From: Paragordius varius
Lineage: Eukaryota; Animalia; Nematomorpha
Assembly: GCA_964247055.1 (NCBI GenBank)
Contig: OZ176052.1
Location: 3,658,001 to 3,722,000, forward strand
Length of the DNA stretch: 64,000 nt
Reading direction: 5' to 3'
The notes below the pieces were generated by a model that saw only the letters and a program-made list of their open reading frames with translations, had not been told where the DNA came from and made no database searches. The position numbers and the translations under genes are program-made. Positions 49,701-63,802 of the stretch are shown here, one piece after another. The stretch's first letter is position 1. The number at the start of each line of letters is the position of its first letter.

Positions 49701-52700
49701 TCCAGTTAGTTCGGACATTAGGATTTGCAGTTTGGTAAGTTTGTTGTTGATAAATGTTTTCAGGCGCCTGTGGGATAGGATTTCTAAAATGTATATTACC
49801 ATGATTATAGCCTCTGTAGATGGCATATTTTAAATATATGTAACAAGTTAGTTTCTCTAAATATATTAAATTAATAAAATAGGTTATATTATTTGGATAT
49901 TATGAAACTTTATCTGATTAATTTGGCGTTCCATAATAAACTGGTAATATAAATTAATTAAAATATTAATGGCAAAATATTATATTTTAAATCTACGATA
50001 AGATTAGGTGGTAAATGGTAAAGACTCCAAAATATTATAACAATTTATGCCATAAGACAGATGCATCTTGATAAATACAAGTCATGAGCCACACGTTTTG
50101 AATACCCAATCATTATAGCGGTTTTAAACATCGATTGTCATCATAATTAAAAGGGGCTAACTTATTTTTTTTAAAAAAAATTCTAAATATGAGACAAATC
50201 TTGGGCGAATTAATAGTGCATAATATACCTAGCACCAATATTTGGTAAGCCTCCCGGATTTCTGAAATTATTGCCCGTAAACGCTGGAGCCGTTGGTATA
50301 CTGTAATTGTTGTTTTGTGGTTGATTATAATTATTTGGTGGTAAAGATTGGTGATTACCACCACTTGCATATATATTTGAAGCATTTTTCGGATTACCGC
50401 TTCCCACCACATTATTGGGTGTTTGATGAGCCCGGGCATGTACATCACAATACAAACGTTGATTTATATTGTAATAACCTGATGTAAGGCAACAATTTTA
50501 TTTACAAAGTTTGTAAAAAATTTATAAGGCCAAAACAATATACAAATAATTTAATTTAAATATGAGTAGTGAGTAACGACGAGAGTTTGTAACATGAACG
50601 GTGTGGAGATTGTCATAAAATAAGGTAAAAATAAAATGTTTAGTGATACTTAAATTTTCGCCCAATTTTTTATTGTTATATAGGTTTTTTTAAACAATGT
50701 GTCTTTGGTGAAAAGAAAAAAGAAAACAAATTATATTTACATTTATATTTTACGGATCAAAATTTTATTTTCTTCCGTTAAATGGGTATAAGTATTTGTT
50801 AAAGAATGGAAAAAAAGTACTATAAGAATTACCATAGAACTTTTGTATTTTCCATTATTTACCAAATATTTATACCCATTTAACAAAAAAAAATTAATTT
50901 TTGATAAATAAAGGATACATGACTGTATATTTATTTACTGTAAATAGCTAAGTTTTTTACAAAGTATCGAAATATAAAATTGATTGATAGAAATCGTTGA
51001 TTAGAAAAATTACAAATTAATTATTTGGAATATGGATAGAATTAGTATAATGATTGCGTTAAGATAATTGTTAAAACTATTACTTATATGCAAATTTATC
51101 AACATATTATCTCATAATTTTTACCTTGATTCTTGAGAGGTGTACCACAGGTGGAGCATTTAAAGCAGTCGGGATGCAAATGCCTATTTTCACCAATCTT
51201 TACAAATACACCCCTATTCATATAAGGAAAAGTAAATATTATTAGCCCGCTTTAAAGATAAAATGCAAAAATTTATTAATCTCACAAGACTTAACTTACT
51301 AGTTATCGTAAATAATTTTTTTAGCGAATTATCATTATATTTTTATTTTTTTTTATATTTTTTGGGTTAAAAACTTAATTATAGGTGTCACGCTTATACT
51401 ATTTTGCATATATATAATGAGGAATTATATTAAACTATTCTCAAATGTTTCCAGAAAGTTAGGTTTTTACTAAAATATATATTTACACTATGGGTCTTCC
51501 ACATTCCCCACATTCTGTTAATTTTGACGGAGAAACTGTTGAACCGGACGCCATTTGATGTTGATAATTAGATGTTCCATCGCCTAGAATTTACGTTTTT
51601 TTATTATACATTTTTTGAAATTAAATAAAAATGTCATATATTTCAAATATTTTGAAGTGTAATAACCTTAATTCAAAATCTGTTTTACAAATTGCATTGG
51701 AATGTAATCTCAAAACTATAATTATTACGAAAACGCGCAGTAGGGGGTAAATGTATAGTTTCATACATAAGATAAATTTAATTTTTTACAAGATATGTTG
51801 TCTCTAAAAGAAAGGGTGATGTTGTTTTGAGTGGATGATTAGATAACATTTTTCCTAAAAAAATTTTTAGTCTGATATTAAAATTAATGATCCTAATATT
51901 TATTATTTTCCATATTAATGTGCAAAAAATTATTTTTACTATAGATATAATTTGGATTCTATTTAATATAATGAAAAAGTACTATTTGAATGATCTGAAA
52001 CATATCCTTCCAACCGTTTAAAACTACCAGATTGTATTGGGGCAGATGGTTTGACTTGAGCTATCATTACAATAAAAAAAAATTGCGAACATTATAAATG
52101 TTTTAAATATATTTTAAAATTTAGTAGCAAAATTTATCCTTATCTTAAAGAGTTATATAAAATGGTTCTATTTACTATAAAAAAATTATCAAAAAATAGA
52201 AAAATCCATACGCTTTTGTTCGTGGATATATTTGTAGACGGCTGATTCATTGATAGGAGATTTTTCGGTCCGATTATTTAGATTTAGGCTAGTTAATTAT
52301 TAAATGTTTTTTATAAATGTTTATATAATATATAAAAAAAATTATTTAGCTCTCTAACGGTTTTGAATATTAAAATTTCCAAATCTTAAATTTATTAGTC
52401 CTTACCCTTTAATAAAAAAGAAAAAAAAGATGTATTTTATTTTATTTATTGCCCCCAAAAAAAGTTTTATTCAGCGCTTTAAACCATTACTTTTGTAATC
52501 CCGTTGTAATGACGACACCCTTGGTTTGTCCCTCGAAAGCATCAATCACATTTTCAGGTGAATACATACCGATTGGGCTATTGTATTGAGAATGGTAAAC
52601 GGCTTTAACACCAACACCACCCCCTTGTGGGCCTGAGGGGTTAATTGTGCCCCCGCCGCCCCCAATATTACCATATCCAAAAGGTTTTGGTGCATTGTTA

Positions 52701-55700
52701 AATATTTGTTGTTTAGCACTTATATTACTGCTTGTTTCTCTGTTCCCTGAACCTACTGGTACTATTCCTCCATTGTGGTGGTATTGTGTTGCTTCAGGTT
52801 GACCATCTCTTTGATAGGACTGATAGATTACATACATACAACAATTTACAAAACATATATTATGGTGTCAACTTTTTGGGTCCATATTTGTATTCAATAA
52901 AAGATTAGAAAATTGAATTAGGTTAAATACGCTAATAAAAATTCAAAGATCATCGTCATACAAGAGAAAGAATAACAAAAATGCACGGCAGACCAATTCA
53001 TTTTTGAAATACAATATTTGAAACGAAAGGCAAAACAACCACAATAATAATAATAAAAATATTTATATGTATTTAAATGGTTGCTGATTTCATAAATTTG
53101 TAGGGCAATTCGCAACACAAGAGTGTATAAAAAAAGGAAATAATTGTTATTTAACATTTTGTAGTTTTCTCCATACACTACTCTGTTGCAAATTGCCCTA
53201 CTTATAGTGTGAAATAAGCAATTATTAAAATGCATACTGTAAATGCCATTTTTTGTTAAAATTTATATCATGATGCTAAAAATCTTGACTGTATTCCTAA
53301 ATTATGTACTTTTTACTGTATATAATATATACAGTAAAATAGAACAGGAATCGGAACCGAGACCACGTGAAACTGGGACCCGGTTCCAACCGTCCAGAAA
53401 CCATCTTGTTTTCGGCTCAATTTTTCGCGAACCCGTTTAAAGCCTTTATAAAAGCATATCTGATAGAATAAAATGTATAAAAATATATTTAAGAAAAAAT
53501 ACCAAGAGCATAGAATAAAATTACTGAGCATTTGAAAAAACCATTAATCACTCAAAAATTTTCACCAATATATTGTTCCCCCGAAAAATTTAACATGCCT
53601 AATGTGTACTTTTTTCCCGTGTTTTGTTCCTTTTAAAAAAATAATCTTATTAGGAAATATTTTTTAAATATAATGTAGAAGTAAGTATACATTGATCGAA
53701 AGTAATTAATTATTGCCAAATATACAACAAAGGGCAGTATTATTGGCTAATAATAAAATTTGAAAAAAATAACTGTAAGCCAATAATACTGCCCTTTGTT
53801 GTATTTACTGTTTGGCAATTATAAATAACTTTCTAGCAATGTATACTTAATACTGTAAGCCAGTGTTTTGTCATTTATACTTGAAAATTATCACAGCAGT
53901 ATGGTTAAAAAGTTGCTTAATATATGGCGGTTAATTGTTAAAATTTTAAACTATATTTAAATTTTTATTCGGGGACTTGATCTTAAAATATTATGGCAAC
54001 TTCCGGAATATAGTTAAATTAAAATAGCTGAAATTAAGCTTGGTAAATAATCCGATTACCCTTGGCGAAAGGTAATAATATCATTTAATACATCGATTTC
54101 TAAATTTCAATAAAATAATACACAATATTTGATTTTGTGATCATTATTTATGTAATGAGGAAATACATGGTCGTGTTGCAGAGAATGTTTAACAAATGGT
54201 TGTGAATTAGTATTACCATACGTTACAGTTTGTGCCGGCTTCCAAATCCGAGCTCCACCTCTGCAAAGACAAATATAAAAAAACACTATATTAGAAAAAA
54301 ATATTTTTCTAGACCTAAATCTGTGGTTAAAATGTAATTAATTATTTTGTATTTAGTTTAAATATATTTTCAAAAATTTAGGGCAAAACGTGGTTAAGTG
54401 TTATGAGAAACTTATAATTAAACTCTGTAATCCTTTGTAGTAAATATGATATTTTATATATTATTGATAAAAACTGTAATTAGTTTAAATTTCAAAGAAG
54501 CGTATTGTGCCATTTATTTACCCCTACAATCAAGGTCAGTAATAGGGGAACACTCTGCAAATTAATTTGTTAATTATTCTAAAACCAACACTAGAATATA
54601 CCCCTATTTTAATTAATGTGACTTCTTATTATACAGAACCACAATGTTTTACTTTAGCTTAATATTATAATTAACACATTGATTCAAATTGGGGAATCTA
54701 AATACAGCAGACAATATTTTAGTTGATATTTTTAAAAAACTACTTAAAGAAACGGTCTCACTTCAAATTATGTTTCTAAGCTAATATAAATTTTATAAAT
54801 TTACCAATATACCTAATTAAAATTTTTGGAAATAAAGTTTCGCATCAAAGTACTTGGACGCCATTTTTATTTAACAACATTTTCGCAAAATTTCCTTTGT
54901 ATTTATTTCTAAGCCAAAAATTTAGCTTACTTTTTTAATAAAATCACATTCATTAATGTAAAAAGAAAAAATAGTATATTTGCATTATTTTTATATTTAG
55001 TTTAAGCACACATGTCATGTTTAAATTTTTACCTTTTTATTGTTATATAGGTGCAAACTTTTGTCATGGCTTCAATTTATTCCATATTTTTTGAATTAAT
55101 TTTAATTGGTCTGGGGTATCTAATTACCCCAATTAAAATCAAAGCACTGAAATAAATGTCAAGTATCCAATTGTTAAAAAAAATAATATTTTTAAAAATA
55201 TTAATATTAAACCAAAATTTATAAGTCGTCAATATAAGTACAAATACTAAATTTTTTTTAAATATAAATTGTTAAAATTTAATAACATATTTATTAAAGT
55301 AATTAAATTAATTATGAAAAATGTAATTGTTTAATTCAAAAATTGTGTAAAATACTTGACAATAAGACTTGCGCTAATCATTAAGGATTGTCTTTATATA
55401 CGATTATAATGGAAAAAATGGACTACGGAATATGCGATAATTAAATGTTTGTTAACAGTATTTTACACAGTTACTAATATTTTAAATAATAATGATAATA
55501 AAAAATTAAAAATACTATGAAAATAGCGAGTTAGGAGGCGAAAAGGTTAAAAATCTTAAACTTATCTTTTTCTTAGAAGATATATTTTTTGAGATAAGAA
55601 AAGCGACACCGATGATGCATTTGAGAACTACTAATTATAAAAAGAGAATTCATAATATTTTGATAAAACCATAAAAATTAATTAGTGAACGGGTTCAGGA

Positions 55701-58700
55701 ATTATATTTTAAATATCTTTTACGTTATCTCATATAATATGATAAAAAAGTATAAAAATATGATGTATTATTTACAATGCAGGTATATAATATTTATTTT
55801 GTTTTAAAATTAAAACTCAAAAAAAGTAAAATGCTTTAATTAAATAATCAATCCACCTTTGTATAGTGAGTTCAAGATCATTCCTAGCAGCTATGATAGA
55901 GTCTTGTGCCTGTTTATGTGATAAAATGTCTGCATTTTTGCCTGCGATTTTGCAAACCTGATCACCGGCATATAGGCCAACCTTTTCTGCGATCGAACCT
56001 TCAATTACCTATCATAAAATATAGTAGATTTAGTATTTATTGTTTTAATACATGTATATGTGTAAATATATTAATTTGCAACTATCATATGTAACTTAGT
56101 TCTTAAAAATATTTTATAATGTAAGATTATTGTATAAATTAATTTATTGTATGCAAGGAAATGTAAAAAAATTAATTGTTTAGGTAATGTAAATGTTTAA
56201 AGGATTAAAAGCCAATAGAACAGATCAACTTCTTACAACAATTTGAAGACCGACTATATTGATGGAAACATGGTACTATAAAAATCATAAAAAAACATTA
56301 TTTACATCCGTACAAGATTAAAAATCAAGCGATCGGATGTCACAGTTAATGTATAGATTGTTTTACATCAGAGATGTCCAGCACGCGGCCCTTCGAGACC
56401 TATATGTGAGGCCCGCCAAAAATTTAAAAATTCATAATTTGCAAATTGCACTCACAAAATCTTAGAACAACTGTTAAAAAAATTTTTCTACATAAGTCTA
56501 TCCAATTAGCAACAACTATTAAAAAAATGTAATATTGCGTTGGCATTTTGCAGTCTTATGCTTTTCAAATCTAATAAATTATTTATATTATAAATATGGT
56601 ATTTTACGGCACAAATGCGGCCGTCGAAGCCATTTGTTTCGGATCGCCCTGTTTCGCAGGTTTATTCAATTGCTATACGAATTTTGTTTTCGGGTAAATT
56701 CAACACAAAAATTTATAAAATTTACTTTTGCGCAAATACTATTAATTTTTGATAATTATATATTTTTAAAGCAAAATTAATATTTTGTTTGGAATTGTGG
56801 TCGAAAGCTAACTTTTATCGGTCATTTGAAATTATAAATAATTCTTGCACCTTTCTAAAATTAAGCTACACCAAATATATGTTTAAATTTTTAATTTTTC
56901 AAAAAATGCGCTAAAAATGATAATTGGGAAATGATTACTAATTAACAAAGTACACAAATATATAGTATGACTCAGAGGTAGGGGCATTTACTCTATAATT
57001 GATAATGTCAAATCATTATTTTAGTACAGTTGTATCATTGCTTATTAATATATTTTTTAATTAAAGATGGCACGCACCTATTGTTTCTTTAGATTAGGTT
57101 AGTCATTATATAATACTAATAATTTCAATGAATCATACATAATTAAGTAAAACGGACAAAATCATCGATGAAAATTATTTTATTAGACTTATATCACGAT
57201 TAGTGTTGGGGTTCGGTTAAAATGCATTCCTGACCGTGACCAGATTTATGAAACATATGTTTACCAGGTCATATAAATTAATATCATATGATGGTGTAAA
57301 TTCTAAAAGTAAAAAAATAAAAATTAAAAAATTTCAATTTTTTGTCATACAATTATAATACTATAGCATATATTTTTATTTGTGGTATATATTATCCGGT
57401 TTTAACAGGAATAGATGCATAATCAGTGGCCGGTTATTTTTGACGGATCAAAAGTCAACTATTGATTCAAATAAAGACAAATATGGTTTAAAAATTATGC
57501 TACAAATTCAAAACTATTATATCCGGTTTCATGCATATCTCGAAACAACGATTTTCGATAGTATTTTAGAATAGATTAATATAAAGTACCCCTCTGCCCC
57601 TCATGGGTTTTGAAGAAGAGCATCTTGTTTAGCTGATACTGATCATCATACACTTTTTTGATTGTTACATAAAACCCTAAAATTTATGTTACGATTGTTT
57701 TTGAGATACCTACAAAGTTACTAGTTTGTAGGTGTTTTAAAATCCTTATTTAAAGCCAAAAATAAAATTAGTATTTTATTGTACAATTTTAAATAGTTTA
57801 TATTTATACTATTCAATATAATACACACTAATTTTATCAAAAAAAGAGTCATGATGAGGCGAGCCTTGTATCATTCACAATCGGAGACATTATGTAGGGC
57901 CAATTTATTAAGGTTACCTAAAGGTTAATAAGAATAGTAAAAAATGCCCCAAGATATAAATAACAGGGACAAAAAAGACAATAGTAAGCGTTTCAGCCGG
58001 GTTTAAATCACTAAATCGATCGGCTATATACGATGCGGTGTAAAATTTAAAATATCGGCAGGTTTAGAACCTTAAATTACCTAATATAAGACACAATCAT
58101 AATGTGTCAAATACTGGGTTAAAAATGTAATATTGAAGTTTTGGTATTTTCGAGTTCAGAAACTGATTAACTGGAATCCAAACTTCGAGAGTCACGCACA
58201 TTAATACTATGTTCAAAAAAGTTTTTAATCATTGATTTTATTAATATATGAAGTTTTAATTTGAAATTTATCCATGCAAATATAATAAAAACAAAATTTT
58301 TATTATTTTGTTTTTAAAATAAATCGATATAAACCTAATAGAAAAATATAATATGTTGACAGATTAACGGTGAGAGATTTAAATATTAATTTAGTCTTAT
58401 TATCCAGAATTCTCTCATTGACCTATATATTTTCAAAAACACATATGATTAAATTATTCGATTCAAAATGTATAAAAAATTGCCTTGACAGTAAAATAAA
58501 TTACAAAAAAGCTTTGTCATTAAAATTATAATTTATTTTTTATTTTTTGTAACTTAACAAGTTAAATTATATTTTTTATATCACAAATAAAAAAGGTGTT
58601 AATGCAAATTCAATATTGATTACATAAAAATGTATGGTCATTAATATTTTTACTAATGACATTTATATTATATAAAATATTTTATAAAAAAACTGATTTT

Positions 58701-59511
58701 CATTAAAATTATTGGAGTTAAAACTGTTTTGGTAATAACGGGACCATTACCTCTTACAAAAGTTTTGTATAAATTTTAAACTAAACGGTCTTTTAATAAT
58801 GATTAACTAATTTTTATACGATATTTTAAATAAAAATTGAACAAAATACCGCATATATTTTTTGGCGTTTTATTCGCTGAAAATCAAACTGAAATAAACA
58901 CATCATTTGACCGAAAAACGATTTTGCAAAAAATATATAGAAAAACCGTTTTTTTTAACAATTACTCACCGGAAAACAAATACATGTGACCCCCGATTCC
59001 TTTTTGATATCTTTTAAATTATTCTCTTCATAATATGTAATATTAAAATCATCATTTGCAACACATTCACAAATAATTTTATTAATTTATGTTTAAATGT
59101 TCTAAGTCAAGTTTTAAACTTAACAGCTCCAAATGCATACGAATCCTCAAATTTTTTTTGGATTTTGAAAACTATTTGGTTTATTATCTAGGTATATATA
59201 ATATATTTTAAAAACTAAATCAAGCCAAAGCTTGACAGGTGTATTTATAATTATAAGCGCATATGAATTTAGGCTATAAGAAAATTGAATTAACCGTCAA
59301 ATTTGTCGACAAAGTTTATATTTATAATTTAAACGGTTTTTATATAATAATCTAACTTAGATGTTTTGTTGTTAATAGTGTTCGAAAAAAATGATAAAAC
59401 CTTTTGTATGGATAGCGGAATCGAAAAATCACTTCCACCCTGAAGCCGGAATCCCCATGGGACCGAATCAGCGTTTCGAATCATTCGAATAGTCAATATT
59501 TCTCCCGACAT
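46774..59511 (-). CDS. Zasp52: PDZ-LIM Z-disc protein, Zasp52/ALP-1 (tungus) type: PDZ, ZM motif, 1 LIM, then 3 LIM; 734 aa
   Basis: 16 exons: 59511-59401, 56008-55857, 54260-54167, 52819-52491, 52288-52212, 52060-51983, 51583-51487, 51213-51125, 50478-50229, 49783-49692, 49486-49232, 48734-48659, 48277-48091, 47788-47668, 47582-47467 and 46854-46774 (2205 nt, phases consistent). Motifs PWGFRLQGGSDF (PDZ), QYNSPIGMYSPENV (ZM) and four CxxC...HxxC..C..C...YC LIM domains are present. The symbol denotes family, not proven orthology. Confidence 0.92.
53683..53848. repeat. 166-bp palindromic element with a perfect 26-bp inner stem
   Basis: TACAACAAAGGGCAGTATTATTGGCT (53723-53748) and its exact reverse complement at 53778-53803, with a 29-nt loop. 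Imperfect outer arms end AAGTATAC / GTATACTT. Confidence 0.9.
54675..55145. mobile_element. TTAA-type MITE, second copy of 10845-11426
   Basis: TTAA-CACATTGATTCAAATTGGGG left end and CTGGGGTATCTAATTACCCCAATT right arm. The internal GACGCCATTTTTATT is the inverse of the motif at ~11228-11240. Confidence 0.65.
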
Positions 59512-60916
59512 TACAATCAAGATTAAATATTTTTTTATTTTGAGTACTTTTCTTATTCCAGGTTTAATAATTAATGAATTTGAAAAGATGTAGCAATTGC
59601 AATAATATTTTAGGCGTAAATATGGGGTATTTTAATATCTTTGCCACACTTGATAGAAAACTTTAAGGTCTTTTTTGGTTCGTTTATTTTTCTAAGAAAT
59701 GGAGAAACTTTGTTGAATTAAATATAGTTTTTGTTCTCGTTTTTTTTTCGTATTTTATCATTTAATTGTTTCTTTATGAACACGTACAAAAGAAATAATC
59801 ACTATTGTGTTACTTGTAAAAAAAACATATCGTGAAATGCGGTTTAGAGAAGTTAGCTTTTATGTTTAAAGTTGTTGAATGAAATACCCAAATTTTTATA
59901 AGGTAAGTTATTATAAGAGAAAAATATTTTTCAACGCGATTTAAATAACTGTTTAAGGAATATGAGATATGGAAATGAGGGGGAAGAGTATTGATATAGA
60001 TAAGCGGTATATTCACAATGTAAAATAGATAAAATTATTTTTTATACCACAATATTTCAGAGTTTTGAATGAGAAAAATTAATAATATTTTTTAATAATA
60101 ATTTTGAGTAGTAATGATATAAAACAAATTTAGAGAATAAATGATGGATATAATAAAAATGCCTGGCGAATATATACTGGCACTTGCCAAAATCATATTG
60201 AAATGAATGTTTTTCTCGATTACATATAGGAAAAACTATTTCATCTTCAAAATTAAATATATACAAATATTTTTTTTTCGAAAAATAAATCTGTGTTCGG
60301 AATGCTGCCTGCCTCTATTATAAATATAATAAAATATATAAACAAAATTATAAATTTAACATAAATAAATATGTGTTATTATCGATTGTTATAATCGATT
60401 TTTGCGGATATTCTCCCTTGTTCGAATCATGTAAAATATTTTACATGTTCTAACGATCTCAATACGTGTAGGGTTGAATGTTTAAGAATTCGATATGGAA
60501 TTGATTCAATGTTTTCAATAACGAACCAAAATATTCTTATACCTCTAAAATCATATGTTGGCAAAGGTGAAAAAATTTATATCATCCTAAATATGTTAAA
60601 AAATTAAAAATAATAATAATTGGAAATGTTTTTGCGATGTTTTAGGGAAGATTAACACTTTATTACCCTTTAGGGTTGTTTTATATCCCAGATCGATTTA
60701 AAATTTGAATATCTTAAAAAGTATTTAAGGTAACCGAATATAAAAATATGCTTTTAGTCTTTTAGGGGCATTATGCGATTCTTTTAAAAAAAATGTTAAA
60801 TTGCAATATCCTCATCTCAAACTTTTTTGCCGCTATTTTTCATATGATTTTATTAAATCAACAGGCAAATAAATTATTATTATGGTTAAAAATGTAAATA
60901 ATTAACTTTAAGCTTT

Positions 60917-61640
60917 AAGGCTACATTTTACAGGCAAAAACTTGATATATTTTGATTTTAATATCAGCTGTTCGTTTCAATCTTTTGGAGAGGTGCCAAT
61001 TTTATTTAGAAGTCAAAAAACTGTAAAAAATATAAGCTTGCTAAATTTAAACTAATATAACTTTCAAAACAGTAGTTTATCTATAAAATTTAACTCTGTA
61101 TAACTACCCCAAAATGTAAACTAGGGCAAAAAAGTTAAAAAGTAATGAAGTGTTAAGAAATAGTGGAAAAGGGTCCAAATAAGAAAAATCGGAAATATAT
61201 TTTTTCCTTTTTAAATGGGCTTTTATCGAGGGTGATTGAAGGCCGCTCGGTTATATGTTAATATTTAAGTTCAGGCCACATTTTACTGGCAAAAACTTGA
61301 TATATTTTGACTTTAATATCAGCTGTTCGTTTCAATCGTGTTTTGGAAAGGTCCCAATTTAATTTAGAAGTCAAAAAACTAAGCTTTAAATTTTAATTAA
61401 AATAACTTTCAAAACAGTAGTTTATCTATAAATAGTTCTGAGATATAAAACTACCTCAAAATGTAAACTAGGACAAAAAAGTGAAAAAGGTAATGTAGTG
61501 TTAAGGAATAGAGGAAAAGGGTCCAAAAAAGAAAAATTGGGATAACACAAATATAATCCATTTGAAAATTTATTTTTTCCCTTTTAAATAGGCTTGTAAA
61601 TTTGAGGGTGAGCAAAGTCCGGTCGGTCATATGTTAATAA
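60917..61640 (+). repeat. ~355-bp direct tandem duplication of a TTAA-type element end
   Basis: The unit starting AGGC.ACATTTTAC.GGCAAAAACTTGATATATTTTGA occurs at ~60917 and ~61272. Both units contain CAGCTGTTCGTTTCAATC, AAAACAGTAGTTTATCTATAAA, AGTGTTAAG and GGAAAAGGGTCCAAA. Confidence 0.85.
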
Positions 61641-63552
61641 CTAAAATCCTAATATTAGCAATAATAATTTAAAATGGTATGTTTTATCACAACGATTCAG
61701 CATTAAATTTTTATTAACTATTGTAACTTTAACCGATTCCCGCCTTTATATTAATCTAATTACAATATAAACACAAATTATATGATTTATTGAATTAGAA
61801 AAATATTTGTTTACTATATAAAATTATATATGTGAAATTTATTGTTTTATATAATATTAAAAATAATAATTTAATAAAATTCAAAAGGCTAATATTCTCG
61901 GTTGGTTATATAGAGCGCATAAATAGCAAGAAAGCAAGCAACTGTTTAAAACTGAATGTTTTGCATCAGTATATACGTATATAATTTTTTTGTTTCAGTT
62001 TATGAAATAAACCAAACAATAGGAATGGTATTACGGAGGCAGAAAAATTCTTTAAGTTTAATATTTTATTTATTTTATGAAGGCGATTATCTCAGTTTAT
62101 TTAAATGATATGTGTTTAACTGCAAATAGAATTAATCTATTATAAAGTTGCAAGCAGATTTTAAATTAAGCATTATTTCGTACATTAGTTTTAACTATAT
62201 AACATTAGTACTATTTTGTATTACGATTTTCTTAGCTAAATCCTAGTTAAATACATAAATTTATGGAAAAAATACTATAATATTCGATAAATTATAAAAA
62301 AGTATTTAATCAAAGTAGAGTTATGTGTAAAATCAATCAAAGATAATATAAAAAAATCATTTACCTTGTTGGAATATCCGATAACTTAAAAATTCATGTA
62401 TGTTATTGCTGAGGTACAAAGAAACATTATATTTTTAAATACATATTAATTGAGAATCAAGAAAACATATTGGTCAGATAATGTGTTAAAAAATTTGGAC
62501 TTAAAAATAATCAAAAAAGATCAAAGGAGCAGGGTTTTATAAGGGTTAATTATCAATCAGTAAAATTTTCGAAAAAAAGATATCTGATTAGTTATCTTAA
62601 ATAAATAAATTAATTTCGGCACTTTAACAAATAGCATTGAAAAATTTAGATTATTTATAGATGATTGCAAAAAATGTACGTACCTTTATTTTTATACCAT
62701 ATACATGTTTTACTATCTTTTGCATAATATAGACATAGAGTAATAAGAAAAGAAGAGTAAGTACATCTAAAAGCGCATAAAACAAACAGCTAACTAAAAA
62801 TAACATAATTATGTTAAAATTGCATTTTTTTAAGGTATATCCTAAACATATTGTTTTTAACAGGTGAAAAGTTAATTATTGAAAAAAGTAATTATAAAAT
62901 ATTTGTTGCCATATCAAATATAGTTCCTAAAAACCCATTGATAATAACAACAATTTTTGTTCAGAATTATAAGATATCCTCTTTTTGCGTTAGGAAATAA
63001 TTTATAAAACACGGGATTTGAAACTTACTTATTTTAGTTTATAAATTCAAATATATATTTAATTATTGACCATTTTTAAATTACTTCAACCCAAAATTTT
63101 TAATAATCTATAAATCTACCAAAGAGCAGAAAAACAATTTAGATATCTCCTCTATATTATTTTAAATTTTTTTTACCCTTTGCATACTTTTTCAAATTAA
63201 GAAGCATATACGACATTTATTAATTTTTTTTAAATATATAAACATGGATAAGTGTAAATATATTGTGATATTTAAATTATAAAAATTTGTCTTAAAAAAT
63301 AGGGAGATATTCAATTGTTCAACAAAAGTAATATATAAAAAGTAATGTTTGGAATTACAGAATAAGTGTCATACAAAGATATATTTAAACTGTCGTTATA
63401 AAGGAAAAAAAATAAATTTTACATCATTCCATATATTTAGTAATTTAAATTATATAATATAAAATAAACTTTGATTAAATGTATTGTAATAGTGTTGTTT
63501 TTTATGATTTGAGCCGAATTATGGAAAAAAACCGTAAATTGTTAATTATATA

Positions 63553-63802
63553 CCATTTACAAATTCCCCTTTGAACGAATCAAATTCATTCTAAAAATAA
63601 ATTATGTGTTTTTGGGTTTTAACTCATTATTGATATGAAATATATAGTTATGGCTTGGTTTAGCAGTTTTTCAATATTATTTTAATATTAAACACAATTT
63701 CATCTTTTAAAATATAGAAAAATATAGGAAATTTTAATCTTAAAAAACATAATTTGTTTTAGGGTGAATTTGAATTCAAGGATGAATTTGAAGTGTAAAT
63801 GG
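63553..63802. mobile_element. Diverged copy of the 1597-1876 MITE
   Basis: TA-CCATTTACAAATT... left end, shared AAAAATAAATTATGTGTTTT and AACTCATTATT.ATATGAAATATA, and GGGTGAATTTGAATT...GTAAATGG right end. Confidence 0.7.

Noticed and set aside
57980-58060. SDLNPAETL on the minus strand as a Tc1 transposase (SPDLNPIE) relic
   Set aside because: It is a single short partial motif with no supporting DDE residues or TIRs nearby.
62300-62560. Possible upstream exon ending at an AAG|GTAAAT donor on the minus strand
   Set aside because: There is no convincing ORF. It could be a non-coding Zasp leader exon, but nothing in the sequence supports that.
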